Shown here one piece after another: positions 49,051 through 59,090 of a DNA stretch of 64,000 nucleotides. The stretch's first letter is position 1. Each line of letters starts with the position of its first letter. This DNA is from an uncultured Mycoplasmatota bacterium. GTDB lineage: Bacteria > Bacillota_I > Bacilli_A > RF39 > UBA660. The stretch spans positions 4,778-68,777 of the forward strand of contig CAMSCJ010000010.1 of assembly GCA_947056845.1 (NCBI GenBank). The letters run 5' to 3'. The notes beneath the pieces were generated by a model, which was not told where the DNA came from, ran no database searches, and saw only the letters and a list, made by a program, of their open reading frames with translations. A program made the translations under genes and the position numbers.

Positions 49051-49713
49051 ATGATGTTAAGAATATCACAGATTGATCGAATAAAGTTTGAAAAATCTAT
49101 AGCTAGTGGCTATATTGAATACTTTAATACAGGTAGGTATTATGATTTTTTAAAAAATAATGACTTACTATCTTATGATGATGATGCTATTAGTTTTTTT
49201 TAGAATAAAAGTTATGCAAGTAATAAAGAATTTAGATTAGTTTTATCTAAAGGTATAAAAAATAAATATACTCATATAATAAATCCCAATTTACTATATG
49301 AAATAACATCTATTATTAATCCTAAAGAATTTAATCCAGAAGATACAGACGATATAGAAAATGATAAATTAAATGTAATAGCATTAATAGGTTTTATTTA
49401 TTTTGAATCAGTTGATAGTAATTTAGATATGGGCAGTTTTGTAAGTAAACTCAATATTTTAAAATATTTTGCCCAGCAACAATTAGATAATAAACAAAAT
49501 AAATTTAAAATAAGTATTGACGATTATCAATGCTTAAAAGATTATCCCCGTCTTTTCTGCACTACTATTGAAGATAAAACTATATATAAATCAAAAGAAG
49601 AAATAATAAAAATTATCAATAATGTTAATCAAATAACATCTGTTGATACCTTTAGTGAGGCTTGCGCAATTTATCAACAGCAAGTTTTTGGTAATTCATA
49701 TAAAAAGATATAG
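49051..49713 (+). pseudogene. 221-codon reading frame interrupted by one in-frame TAG (49201-49203)
   Basis: ATG 49051 follows GGGGG. The frame stays open to 49713 except for codon 51 (TAG), which comes right after a T7 run. The ORF track reports only the distal 94 codons (49429..49713). Confidence 0.45.
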
Positions 49714-49717
49714 ATTA

Positions 49718-52700
49718 TTATTCTATATCTTTTAACTTATTATCTAATATTGAATAAAGATAAGTATTGACTCGTTTTTTTGTTTTTTTTGCAATATAAT
49801 TTTTATATCCTAACAATTGCTTATGATAAGATATATCGTCAATATTTTTAAATTTATAATCAATTATATCGATATAATCATCATATTCAATCATTAAATC
49901 AATTACACCATGTCGTTTTATGCCATCAATAATTTCTATAAATTCATATTCTTTGTAAATAGTGGCATTATCTAGATGGCTAAAAATATCTAAATTAAGG
50001 AAATTTATAATGTGCTGTTTATAAAAACTATCTATTTCATAATTATCTATATCTCTTTTCTTGAAATCAATATTCTCTAATACAGAATGTAAATAAGTAC
50101 CTACCTGCATTTTTTTCTGTTCTTGTTTAGAAATAAAATATGTATTTGTTTTTGAATAAGTATCTTTTTTTTCTATTGTATTATTGATAGATAATTCATT
50201 AACCATAATTGGTTTTGTATTTGTTATAAATTTATTTAAATCATTTATTTTTTTATTTAAATTATAATCATGTGAAAGATAAATGGTATTAAAATCAATT
50301 TGTTTTTGATAAGGATTTAAATCATTATTTAAAAAATTTAACATATCCAAAAATGAACGAAATTTTAGTTTATCATTTTTTACTAAAACGTCATCATTTA
50401 ATTCAGTCACTAAAATAATTTGTTCTTTTGCTCGTGTTAATGCAACATAAAATAATCTAATTTTTTCTGATATTTCTTCTTCTATATATTTATTTTTTAA
50501 TAAATGTTTAAAGATTGTTTTGCCGATTCCTTCTTTAAAATATGGTGTAATAAGTCCATATTCTTTATCAAATAGAAATTTCTCGTTTAAATCTCTTAAA
50601 TTAAATTCTTTATATAATAAAGGAAAATAACAAAAATTAAATTCTAATCCCTTAGAAGCATGAATTGTCATTATTTGAACACTATTAGGACTTTCCTTAG
50701 AAAGGGAAAAACGAATGTTATAATCATTTTTCATTAATTCATCTAAATAATTACTAAATTTTTCAATTGTAAATCCTAATCTATCTAAATTGTTAGCTAA
50801 TTCGCATAAATAGTCTATTCTAATTATTCTATTCTGAATATCACCTAATTTAATTAAATTATCAAAGAATTTAAAATTATCCAATATTTCATTTATTAAC
50901 ATACTATTTGTATAAGTATCTAAGTATTTACACAAATTGGCTAATTTTAAATATACATCGTTATTAACAAAGTTATCGGTATTAAATATATCAAAAATAA
51001 CATCATCAGTATATTCCATAACAAAACTACGAGCAATACTTGTAAACAAATACTTAAATTCAGTATCAAAACTATTATTTTTGATTTTAATAATTAATTT
51101 AATAATATTTTTAATGACCACTATTTCTGTACCATTATTTAGGTTTTCCTCTTTATAGATTGTTAGGGGAATTTTCATAAATTCAAATATTTTTTTAAAT
51201 AAATCAAAATTAGTTGTTCGATCAACCAAGATAGCAAAATCTTTAAAGTCACAGTCTCTTAGGTTAGAGGATTCTTTATCAATTACTTGGTATTTGTTTT
51301 TTAGTTTATTCTGAATATCATTAGCAATTATAAATATTTCTAATTCTTCTTTAGTAAAACCTATATCTTTATTATAATCATAGTTTAAAATACTCATATT
51401 ATAATCTTGATTTCCACGTATCTTATCATAATTTTTATTCCCATAAACCATTTCATGACCATTATTATAATTAGCACCACCTACTGACTCTGTCATTAAT
51501 TTTGAAAAAAGTAGATTTATATTATTTAAAACCTCTTCTCTTGAACGGAAATTTTTATTTAAATCTATTTTTAAACCATTATCACCTTTAGAATATTCAT
51601 CATATTTTCTTTTAAATAAATTTGGATTAGCATTTCTAAAACGATAGATTGATTGTTTTATATCTCCTACCATATAAACATTATTATTACTAATTAATGA
51701 AATTATTTTTTCTTGTATATCGTTAGTATCTTGATATTCATCGATCATGATTTCTTGATATTGTTTTTTAATTTCTAAACAAACATCAGGATTATTCTCT
51801 AAAATATTTATAAGTAACATTGATATATCATTAAACTGAAAAATATTATATGTCCTTTTATATATTTCCAATTCTTTATCTAATCTTAAAATAATTTTAA
51901 TAATAACTTTAACATAAGCCTCTGTTGATAAAATAGATTCTTTGATTTCTTCTGCATTATCATATATACTATTTTCTTGAATATCTTTTATAATGGCGCT
52001 AATATTTTCTTTTAAATACTTTAAATCATCGTCGCTATTTTTAGGTAAATTAGGAAGTCTCAATTGTAAATTTTGTTTTATCTCATCATAATTATTAGCT
52101 TCTAATAAAGGCAGTAGAGTCTCATTTAATTTTACATAATAAGTATAATCAATATTAGAAATATCTTCTAAATAATTAGATATTTGTTCTTTTTTTGATA
52201 TAACTAAATCTTCAAATATTTTGATATTTTTATTAACATTATTATCTGTAAAAAAGTTATTTATATAATTATCTAAATAGCTTTTTTTATTAATTAATAA
52301 ATTAACATTCTGATAGATAGTTAAAATATCATTTCTTAAATCACTATCATCTTTTACACAAAAATCATTAACTAATTTTATAAAATCTAAATCTTTATTT
52401 TTATATAAGTCCTCAAAAATATTATTTATAATTTTTTTACTCTGTAAGAAGATTAGACTATCATCGGCAATATCAATTTGCTTGGGGATGTTTAATAGAT
52501 AATGATACTTTTTTAAAGTGGATAGAGCAAAACTATCAAATGTTGTAATATAAGACTGGTTGATTAATGTTAATTGGTCTTTTAATTCTGGATATTCTGT
52601 AATTTTTTTTCTAATTCTTTCACGCATCTCATTAGCAGCCTTATTTGTAAACGTTAAAATTAATAATTCGTTAATATTAACCCCATCTTTTATTTTTCGA

Positions 52701-52810
52701 ATGACTCTTTCTGTTAATACTGCTGTTTTTCCACTACCAGCCCCAGCACTTACAATAATTGATTTTTTATCTTCGTTTATAGCTGTTAATTGTTCACTAG
52801 TCCATTTCAT
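49718..52810 (-). CDS. addA: ATP-dependent helicase/nuclease subunit A
   Basis: UvrD-type motifs AGAGSGKT, LTFTNKAA, DEYQDTN, VGDIKQSIYRFR, and a C-terminal RecB-type nuclease (GVIDLMIEYDDYIDIIDYKF). ATG 52810 follows AAGGTG. Confidence 0.85.
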   Translation of the reverse strand: MKWTSEQLTAINEDKKSIIVSAGAGSGKTAVLTERVIRKIKDGVNINELLILTFTNKAANEMRERIRKKITEYPELKDQLTLINQSYITTFDSFALSTLKKYHYLLNIPKQIDIADDSLIFLQSKKIINNIFEDLYKNKDLDFIKLVNDFCVKDDSDLRNDILTIYQNVNLLINKKSYLDNYINNFFTDNNVNKNIKIFEDLVISKKEQISNYLEDISNIDYTYYVKLNETLLPLLEANNYDEIKQNLQLRLPNLPKNSDDDLKYLKENISAIIKDIQENSIYDNAEEIKESILSTEAYVKVIIKIILRLDKELEIYKRTYNIFQFNDISMLLINILENNPDVCLEIKKQYQEIMIDEYQDTNDIQEKIISLISNNNVYMVGDIKQSIYRFRNANPNLFKRKYDEYSKGDNGLKIDLNKNFRSREEVLNNINLLFSKLMTESVGGANYNNGHEMVYGNKNYDKIRGNQDYNMSILNYDYNKDIGFTKEELEIFIIANDIQNKLKNKYQVIDKESSNLRDCDFKDFAILVDRTTNFDLFKKIFEFMKIPLTIYKEENLNNGTEIVVIKNIIKLIIKIKNNSFDTEFKYLFTSIARSFVMEYTDDVIFDIFNTDNFVNNDVYLKLANLCKYLDTYTNSMLINEILDNFKFFDNLIKLGDIQNRIIRIDYLCELANNLDRLGFTIEKFSNYLDELMKNDYNIRFSLSKESPNSVQIMTIHASKGLEFNFCYFPLLYKEFNLRDLNEKFLFDKEYGLITPYFKEGIGKTIFKHLLKNKYIEEEISEKIRLFYVALTRAKEQIILVTELNDDVLVKNDKLKFRSFLDMLNFLNNDLNPYQKQIDFNTIYLSHDYNLNKKINDLNKFITNTKPIMVNELSINNTIEKKDTYSKTNTYFISKQEQKKMQVGTYLHSVLENIDFKKRDIDNYEIDSFYKQHIINFLNLDIFSHLDNATIYKEYEFIEIIDGIKRHGVIDLMIEYDDYIDIIDYKFKNIDDISYHKQLLGYKNYIAKKTKKRVNTYLYSILDNKLKDIE

Positions 52811-55193
52811 TATTTTCACCTTCTAAAAATTCTAGGTTCTTATATTCTTTTAAATTTACAATATCATCATCTGTTACAAAACATAGCTCTTTATATTTAC
52901 AGTATTGACAACCCACTAAATTTTTAATTCCAACCTTTTTAGGATTAATAAAAAATTCTCTATTTAAAATTTTATCTCTAGCTTCTTTAATCTTTTTATC
53001 CACTATTTTAAGCAAAGTATCTAGCGTTTCTTGACTAAAAATTTTACTACTTGCATGAAAACCTTTAGAACAAAGCTTTAATCCCTTTATTAAATTACTA
53101 TCTTGGTAACTATTGTCAAATTCCTTTAGAACAGCCTCCTCATCAATACTATAACCCTGTAATTTCAAATTTTCTAATTTTAAAGTAATATAATCTTTTT
53201 TAGGTGTAATACTAATTTCTTTGTTTAAAATCTTTTGAAGATAAATACCTACTAATTTGGGATCCTCAAATTCTTTCATTTTAGAACATAAATATGCATA
53301 AATACATAATTGCATTTCCAGACCATAGATAATATTATTCAAATTAAGACTAGGATTACCTGTTTTATAATCAATAATAGATATTAGTGTTTTTCTATTT
53401 TCGGTTTTATACATTATTTTATCGATAATTCCCTTAAAAATAACTTCAAAATCATCAGTTGACAAATCAATTTCCACTTTTTTTTCAAATAAATAGTTTG
53501 TTAAAGATGTATATTTTTCTTGTGACTTAATTGTGTCAATGATAAACATTAATTCTTTTTTTAACTTTTGGATAAAAAACGCTTCCATGTAATTAGTTAC
53601 TTGGTAATTGTCATTTATATATTTCTTAAAACCTACCTCAAAATTAAAATCATCATTATACATTATAGATAATATATAATGAAAAAGTTTACCTATAAAT
53701 AATGAAAAATCATTGTCGAAAATATTTAGTTTCAATATATTTTCACAATAATATCTAAACCCGCAACGATAAAAGTTATCGACTGTTGAATAAGATAATG
53801 ATAATTTACCCTTTTGATAATTTTTGAATGCGCCTTCTTTAATTGTTATATATTGATTATTATATTTTTTATAAGGGATGGTAGAAAATGTAGTAAAAAG
53901 GGTTGGCAAATTAGGATTTTCTACTCCGTATTTTAAGTATTCATCAATGTATTTAGTTAAAATTAGTTGTTCATTTAATTTTGAATAATGATTACGCAAT
54001 TTTGGATTTTTAATTATCTGGAATTTTTGATTATAAATAATTTCTGATTTATAATAAACATTAAATGGTGTTTTTAGTTTATATGAAATACTTAAATTTT
54101 TGATATTACTTATTTTTTCGATTAAACACTTATATGAATTTTCATTTTTTTCAATTGTTAATTCTAAATTAAGTATTTTTTTTAAATCATCAGTTATATA
54201 TTCATCATCCTTATATACAATTGGATAACTTCCTTGGTTAAAACCAATTATAAAAATAAATTCATCGTCATTAAAGACATTATTTTCTAAGGACACAAAT
54301 TCGACTCTTTTCTCCAAATTTTCATAAGCAATTTTTTCTCTTTTGAATTCTTCAATTAAGAGATTCTGAATTTTTTTAAAATTATCACACCAATTATATT
54401 TATTACAAATTTTAACAATTTGATTATACTCAATAATAGCTAATGCATCATTATCATTTAAAGTTACTCGCAAATCATCTAAAGTTTTTTCTATATTTTC
54501 AGTTAAAAGGTTAAAAAAATTTGCAACAATCTTTGTTGAAATAAGACAATCTGTTTTTAAGTTAAAGGGAATTTTAAATATTTTAAAGGTACGTTTAATA
54601 ATATTTAAATATTCACTACTAGGATTAATAATTTTTATTTTATTAATATCTATACCATTTGTAATAAGTTCGCAAATTTGGTGAGCTAAAAAAGTCACTT
54701 CCTCATCGATATTATCAAATTCGTAAATATCATGACTATAATTATTTTGTTTAAAGGGAATTATTTCAAAATTTAAATCTTTAAACATATTTTTAGAAAA
54801 ATTATCTATCAAGTCAAAACCATAAATATATATCTTTCTTTTGGCTATATTAATTTTAAAAAAGGGGTCAGTAATTAATAAATTATTATTTATTAATTCT
54901 TGTTTTAATCTAACTAAAAAATCTAATTTTGGATTTCTATAATTTTTGATACTTATATAATATAGATTATTTATTATATCTAAACAAAAATCATAAGAGA
55001 AATTATATTTTTGTATTAAAAAATATATCGTTTCGGTTGTATAATCAAAATAATATCTTTTTTTAAATTCATCTAAACCCATTATTTTAATATTAATCAA
55101 GTTTTTGTTTTCATTTAATCTTAACAATATTTTTTCTTTTAACTGATTAGGTATAATTAATATCGCATTATTTTCTAAATTTTTAAAATCCAT
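52797..55193 (-). CDS. addB: helicase/nuclease subunit B (AddB/RexB-like), compact form
   Basis: Located upstream of and overlapping addA. C-terminal nuclease GIIDKI...IIDYKTG. Cys ligands CGFRYYC ... CQYCKYKELC for an Fe-S cluster. I saw no N-terminal Walker A. Confidence 0.75.
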   Translation of the reverse strand: MDFKNLENNAILIIPNQLKEKILLRLNENKNLINIKIMGLDEFKKRYYFDYTTETIYFLIQKYNFSYDFCLDIINNLYYISIKNYRNPKLDFLVRLKQELINNNLLITDPFFKINIAKRKIYIYGFDLIDNFSKNMFKDLNFEIIPFKQNNYSHDIYEFDNIDEEVTFLAHQICELITNGIDINKIKIINPSSEYLNIIKRTFKIFKIPFNLKTDCLISTKIVANFFNLLTENIEKTLDDLRVTLNDNDALAIIEYNQIVKICNKYNWCDNFKKIQNLLIEEFKREKIAYENLEKRVEFVSLENNVFNDDEFIFIIGFNQGSYPIVYKDDEYITDDLKKILNLELTIEKNENSYKCLIEKISNIKNLSISYKLKTPFNVYYKSEIIYNQKFQIIKNPKLRNHYSKLNEQLILTKYIDEYLKYGVENPNLPTLFTTFSTIPYKKYNNQYITIKEGAFKNYQKGKLSLSYSTVDNFYRCGFRYYCENILKLNIFDNDFSLFIGKLFHYILSIMYNDDFNFEVGFKKYINDNYQVTNYMEAFFIQKLKKELMFIIDTIKSQEKYTSLTNYLFEKKVEIDLSTDDFEVIFKGIIDKIMYKTENRKTLISIIDYKTGNPSLNLNNIIYGLEMQLCIYAYLCSKMKEFEDPKLVGIYLQKILNKEISITPKKDYITLKLENLKLQGYSIDEEAVLKEFDNSYQDSNLIKGLKLCSKGFHASSKIFSQETLDTLLKIVDKKIKEARDKILNREFFINPKKVGIKNLVGCQYCKYKELCFVTDDDIVNLKEYKNLEFLEGENNEMD

Positions 55194-55349
55194 ATAACCA
55201 CCTAATTTATTATAACATATTAATCATTAAATTTAGTTGAGTTCTAATAAAATTCAAGAATAATTCTTGATAACAAATCAATACTTTTATTGACAAATTT
55301 AAACTATTATTATATTATAATAGATAAATTTTATAAGGAGTGAGAAAAT

Positions 55350-55829
55350 ATGAAAGCAAAAGCATGTGTCACAAAGGCATTTATAAAAAGATTAAGCAAG
55401 GAACAATTAAAGGAACTGATAATTTTATGTGGTAAGAAAGAAAATTTAGATGTGTTCAAAAGTCTTCAAAGTCTAGATGAGATAGAATTGAAATTTCTAG
55501 ATTTAGAAGAAGATGATGAATTAGATGAAGATTTATATATTAGGGCTTATATAGGAAAAGAGTTACAATTATACCAAACATATGCATTAAACGATTTTGA
55601 AATGACGGAATGCACAGGTTATGCTACAACAAACTATGATGAGTTATTACGAAAATATTTAGCGTGCCAGTTTGGAGAAGAATATATTGAATATGTATAT
55701 AATAAGCGTATTAAAGATGCTGATTATGAGAAACAAAGACTAGCTTCGTATTATCTAAATCATGAGGTACTATCAGAAATAAATACAATTAAAACACATC
55801 AAAACTATAATAGAAATCAGAGAAAGTAA
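55350..55829 (+). CDS. hypothetical protein
   Basis: RBS AAGGAG, a TTGACA-17-TATTAT promoter upstream, no recognisable motifs. Confidence 0.5.
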   Translation: MKAKACVTKAFIKRLSKEQLKELIILCGKKENLDVFKSLQSLDEIELKFLDLEEDDELDEDLYIRAYIGKELQLYQTYALNDFEMTECTGYATTNYDELLRKYLACQFGEEYIEYVYNKRIKDADYEKQRLASYYLNHEVLSEINTIKTHQNYNRNQRK

Positions 55830-55958
55830 AATCTCTGATTTTTAATTAAATATAATGTTTATAAAAGATATTAAGTAATCGGAATTTGGATTTCAATTTT
55901 AATTGATTTCTAAATGCTTGTATGATAAAATAAAATAAGAATGGAAGGTTGATATTAC

Positions 55959-56483
55959 ATGAAATCAAAAAATGTTAGTATACCTAGACGTAATTACATA
56001 ATTTTTTTTATAATGGTTATATTTACTATCACGTTAACCCTTATTCTGAGAAATTGGTATAATTTAAATAAGAACTTAAATCAAAAGAATACCATTATGT
56101 CGAAGTTTTTAGTTAGCGTTAATGAAGAGGAATTTTCTAATTACATTATGGAAAATAATAATGTTTTAATTTATTTAGCTAGTAGTAAAAATGATAGCTT
56201 AGAAGATTTTGAACTTGAATTCAAAAACATGTTAATTAAATATAACTTACAAGAACAGATTATTTTTATAGACTTAAGTCAAGTTGATAATGCCTTTTTT
56301 TCAAAATTAACAGAAAATTATTTTTCCAATAATTTAAAGAATATTGAGTTATCAAATTTTGATAATATTTTGATAATGGAAAATGGCAAAATTAACGCTA
56401 TATTATATACGAAACCTACTAAAATGAATATTGATGATGTTGATAAGTTTTTTTATGATAGAGGGGTTATTGCACAAGCATGA
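55959..56483 (+). CDS. membrane-anchored thioredoxin-fold-like protein without CxxC
   Basis: N-terminal TM helix. Layout resembles the 3633..4046 protein, but the active-site position reads SSKNDS. Confidence 0.4.
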   Translation: MKSKNVSIPRRNYIIFFIMVIFTITLTLILRNWYNLNKNLNQKNTIMSKFLVSVNEEEFSNYIMENNNVLIYLASSKNDSLEDFELEFKNMLIKYNLQEQIIFIDLSQVDNAFFSKLTENYFSNNLKNIELSNFDNILIMENGKINAILYTKPTKMNIDDVDKFFYDRGVIAQA

Positions 56484-56986
56484 TAAATGTTGTTTTATTT
56501 GAACCAGAAATACCAGGTAATACTGGGAATATTATGCGAACATGTGCGGGCACTGGGGCGAAATTGCATCTTATAAAGCCATTAGGTTTTTCTTTAGATG
56601 ATAAATATTTAAAACGCTCTGGGGTTAATTATATTGATTATTGTGATTATACAATTTATGAAAACTTTACTGACTTTTTAAATAAGAATAAAGGAACTTA
56701 TTATTTTTTGACGAGGTATGGACATAAACCACATGATTCATTTGATTATTCTAACGTGGAAGAAAATATTTATTTAATTTTTGGGAAAGAGAGTACAGGT
56801 ATCCCTAAAGAGATATTGAAGGACCATTTGGATTATTGCATGCGCATCCCTATGAATGCAAATATTAGGGCTTTAAATCTGTCTAACTCTGTTGCCATTA
56901 TGGTATATGAGGTATTGAGACAACAAAATTATCGCGATTTACTTAGAAATGAGCCTTTTAAGGGTGAAGATTATTTAGAAAGTTAG
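56480..56986 (+). CDS. trmL: tRNA (cytidine/uridine-2'-O)-methyltransferase TrmL (SpoU/TrmH family)
   Basis: LFEPEIPGNTGNIMRTCAGTG, FGKESTGIP, LNLSNSVAIMVYE. Confidence 0.85.
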   Translation: MINVVLFEPEIPGNTGNIMRTCAGTGAKLHLIKPLGFSLDDKYLKRSGVNYIDYCDYTIYENFTDFLNKNKGTYYFLTRYGHKPHDSFDYSNVEENIYLIFGKESTGIPKEILKDHLDYCMRIPMNANIRALNLSNSVAIMVYEVLRQQNYRDLLRNEPFKGEDYLES

Positions 56987-57045
56987 ACTTGTTAAACAGA
57001 GTAAATCGTGTTATTATATTGAAAGAATAAGAAAGGGTGCTTTTT

Positions 57046-58122
57046 ATGGATATAAATGCTTTTATAGTTGATAACTTTATTATAATTGTAATTATAGCTA
57101 TTGTTTTAATCATGACAATTATTGGTTTTATTGCTAAACAGACGGGGTTTGGAGAAAAAGTTTCATCTCGAAATAAAGAAAATAATTTGAATAATAATCG
57201 TGCCTCTGAACATTTAAAAGAAAATACTGAAACCTTAGATAATGACGTAGATAACAATGAGGATTTAGATGCATTAGATACAATAGCTCCAAATTTTAAT
57301 GATGGGGGATTAGTTATCGGCGATGTTAACCAAAATCCTGCTGTCACTAATCAAGAGCTTGGCATTTCGGAGGATTTATATGCCCCATTTGGTGATGACA
57401 CAGAATCTAAAGAGGTATCAATTGATGATTTAAAAATTGAGGATGTAGAAGAAACTGATGATTTTAATATTATCGATAAAGATAATGTAAATAATGAACC
57501 AGTTGATGAATTGGTTATTCAGGATGTTAATCCAACTACTGACACTTTTGAGAATGATCAAGGAATTGAAAATTTAAAAATTGAGGATGTAGATACAGTA
57601 GAAAATACTAATAGTGAAATTTCTGAAACTGTTGACCCTGTTGTCGAAGAGATTAACAATTTAGTTGATAATACTTTTGTAATTAATGATGGAACTTCTG
57701 ATTTTGATAAAAATGAAAATTCTTTAACAAAAGACGAGAATCAGAAAAGCGAAGAACCATTATCAGAACCTTCTAAGGTAGAACAATTTGATATTGGAGA
57801 GGGAGAACTTGATGATTCTGAACCAAGCGAGTTTGAAATAGAAGCTACTACTAATCTAAAGTTAGATGAAATTAATGAAAAAATAAAAAATTTGAAATTA
57901 GAAGATTTAGAAAATCAAAATTTGGATGATGATATAGAAGAGACCAAAAAACCAAAAAAGAAAAAAGCAGTTAGTATTAAAAGTGTTGATGAAATAAAAA
58001 GAGATTCGTCAAAAGGAAAAAAAGAAAATATAGATGTTGTCACTGACTTACCACTTCCTAGTTTAGATGAAGTTGGTGATGATAAAAGTATTAGTGAGGA
58101 AGACGACATTTGGAACTTTTAA
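57046..58122 (+). CDS. membrane-anchored hyper-acidic low-complexity protein
   Basis: One N-terminal TM helix, then a D/E/N-rich region with reiterated LKIEDV units. ATG 57046 preferred over GTG 57037. Confidence 0.55.
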   Translation: MDINAFIVDNFIIIVIIAIVLIMTIIGFIAKQTGFGEKVSSRNKENNLNNNRASEHLKENTETLDNDVDNNEDLDALDTIAPNFNDGGLVIGDVNQNPAVTNQELGISEDLYAPFGDDTESKEVSIDDLKIEDVEETDDFNIIDKDNVNNEPVDELVIQDVNPTTDTFENDQGIENLKIEDVDTVENTNSEISETVDPVVEEINNLVDNTFVINDGTSDFDKNENSLTKDENQKSEEPLSEPSKVEQFDIGEGELDDSEPSEFEIEATTNLKLDEINEKIKNLKLEDLENQNLDDDIEETKKPKKKKAVSIKSVDEIKRDSSKGKKENIDVVTDLPLPSLDEVGDDKSISEEDDIWNF

Positions 58123-58271
58123 AGGCTAAAATTTATTTTTTAGTTTTTTTCTTCGACAATTGTTGAATAATAAAATTTAGAATTTTTAATTACAAGATTA
58201 TACTCAATCAAAAAATATTGGTGTTTAGATTTATTCGTGATATAATATATACATAATATTGGAGGTATGAC

Positions 58272-59090
58272 ATGACAATAGATGGAATATTAGATTTACT
58301 AAAAAAATTATTAGATGTACTAATTGTTTGGTTAGTACTATACTATATATTAAAAAATTTAAGAAGAAATGTTAAAATGGTTCTTTTATTTAAAGGCGTT
58401 TTAGTTATTTTAATTTTAAAAATAATCAGTGATATTTTAAATTTGACAACAATAGGCTATTTGTTAGATTATGTAATTACTTGGGGACCATTAGCTTTAA
58501 TTGTCATTTTTCAACCAGAAATTCGTAATGTCTTAGAACAATTAGGGCGTAGTCAACTATTAGGCCGACATAAGGTTTTAACTGTTGATGAACGTGAAAA
58601 AGTCGTTTATGAAATTACAAGCGCTATGGATCAGCTTAGAAAAAATCGCATTGGGGCCTTAATGGTTATTGAAAGAGATCAAAGTCTTAATGAGTATATT
58701 TCCAAATCTAAAAAAATATATGCTGATATTTCTAGTGATTTGTTAATTGCCATCTTTTTTCCAAATAATCCCCTTCATGATGGTGGTGTAATTATCCAAG
58801 GAGATAAAATTACTAGTGCTGGAGCTGTGTTCCCAACTAGTGATAATTTACGTATTAGCAAACGATTAGGAACTAGGCATAGAGCAGCATTAGGGGTTGC
58901 TGAAGAAACAGACTGTATATCATTAATTGTTTCTGAGGAAACAGGTAGGGTCTCAATGGCTGTTAATTCTGAATTACATTATAATTTAACTATGGATGAA
59001 TTAAAGATTCTTCTTTTAGAAGAATTAAGACCTAAAAAGGTAGTTGTACCTGATGATGAGGAGGAAACAAGCAATGAAGAAAACAACTAA
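58272..59090 (+). CDS. cdaA: diadenylate cyclase CdaA
   Basis: Three N-terminal TM helices, DAC domain with GALMVIER, DGGVIIQG, GTRHRAALG, SEETG. Confidence 0.9.
   Translation: MTIDGILDLLKKLLDVLIVWLVLYYILKNLRRNVKMVLLFKGVLVILILKIISDILNLTTIGYLLDYVITWGPLALIVIFQPEIRNVLEQLGRSQLLGRHKVLTVDEREKVVYEITSAMDQLRKNRIGALMVIERDQSLNEYISKSKKIYADISSDLLIAIFFPNNPLHDGGVIIQGDKITSAGAVFPTSDNLRISKRLGTRHRAALGVAEETDCISLIVSEETGRVSMAVNSELHYNLTMDELKILLLEELRPKKVVVPDDEEETSNEENN

Noticed and set aside
55254-55270. 17-nt palindrome tcaagaat-a-attcttga in the addB/55350 divergent promoter region, considered as a LexA (Cheo) box
   Set aside because: It does not fit GAAC-N4-GTTC spacing. It is possibly an operator for an unknown factor, but there is no supporting evidence.
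56480-56483. Possibility of genetic code 4 (TGA = Trp), given the extreme AT content
   Set aside because: TGA terminates well-supported genes, for example the ATGA overlap here and at 41677-41680. Trp in conserved motifs is encoded by TGG, so the standard bacterial code applies.
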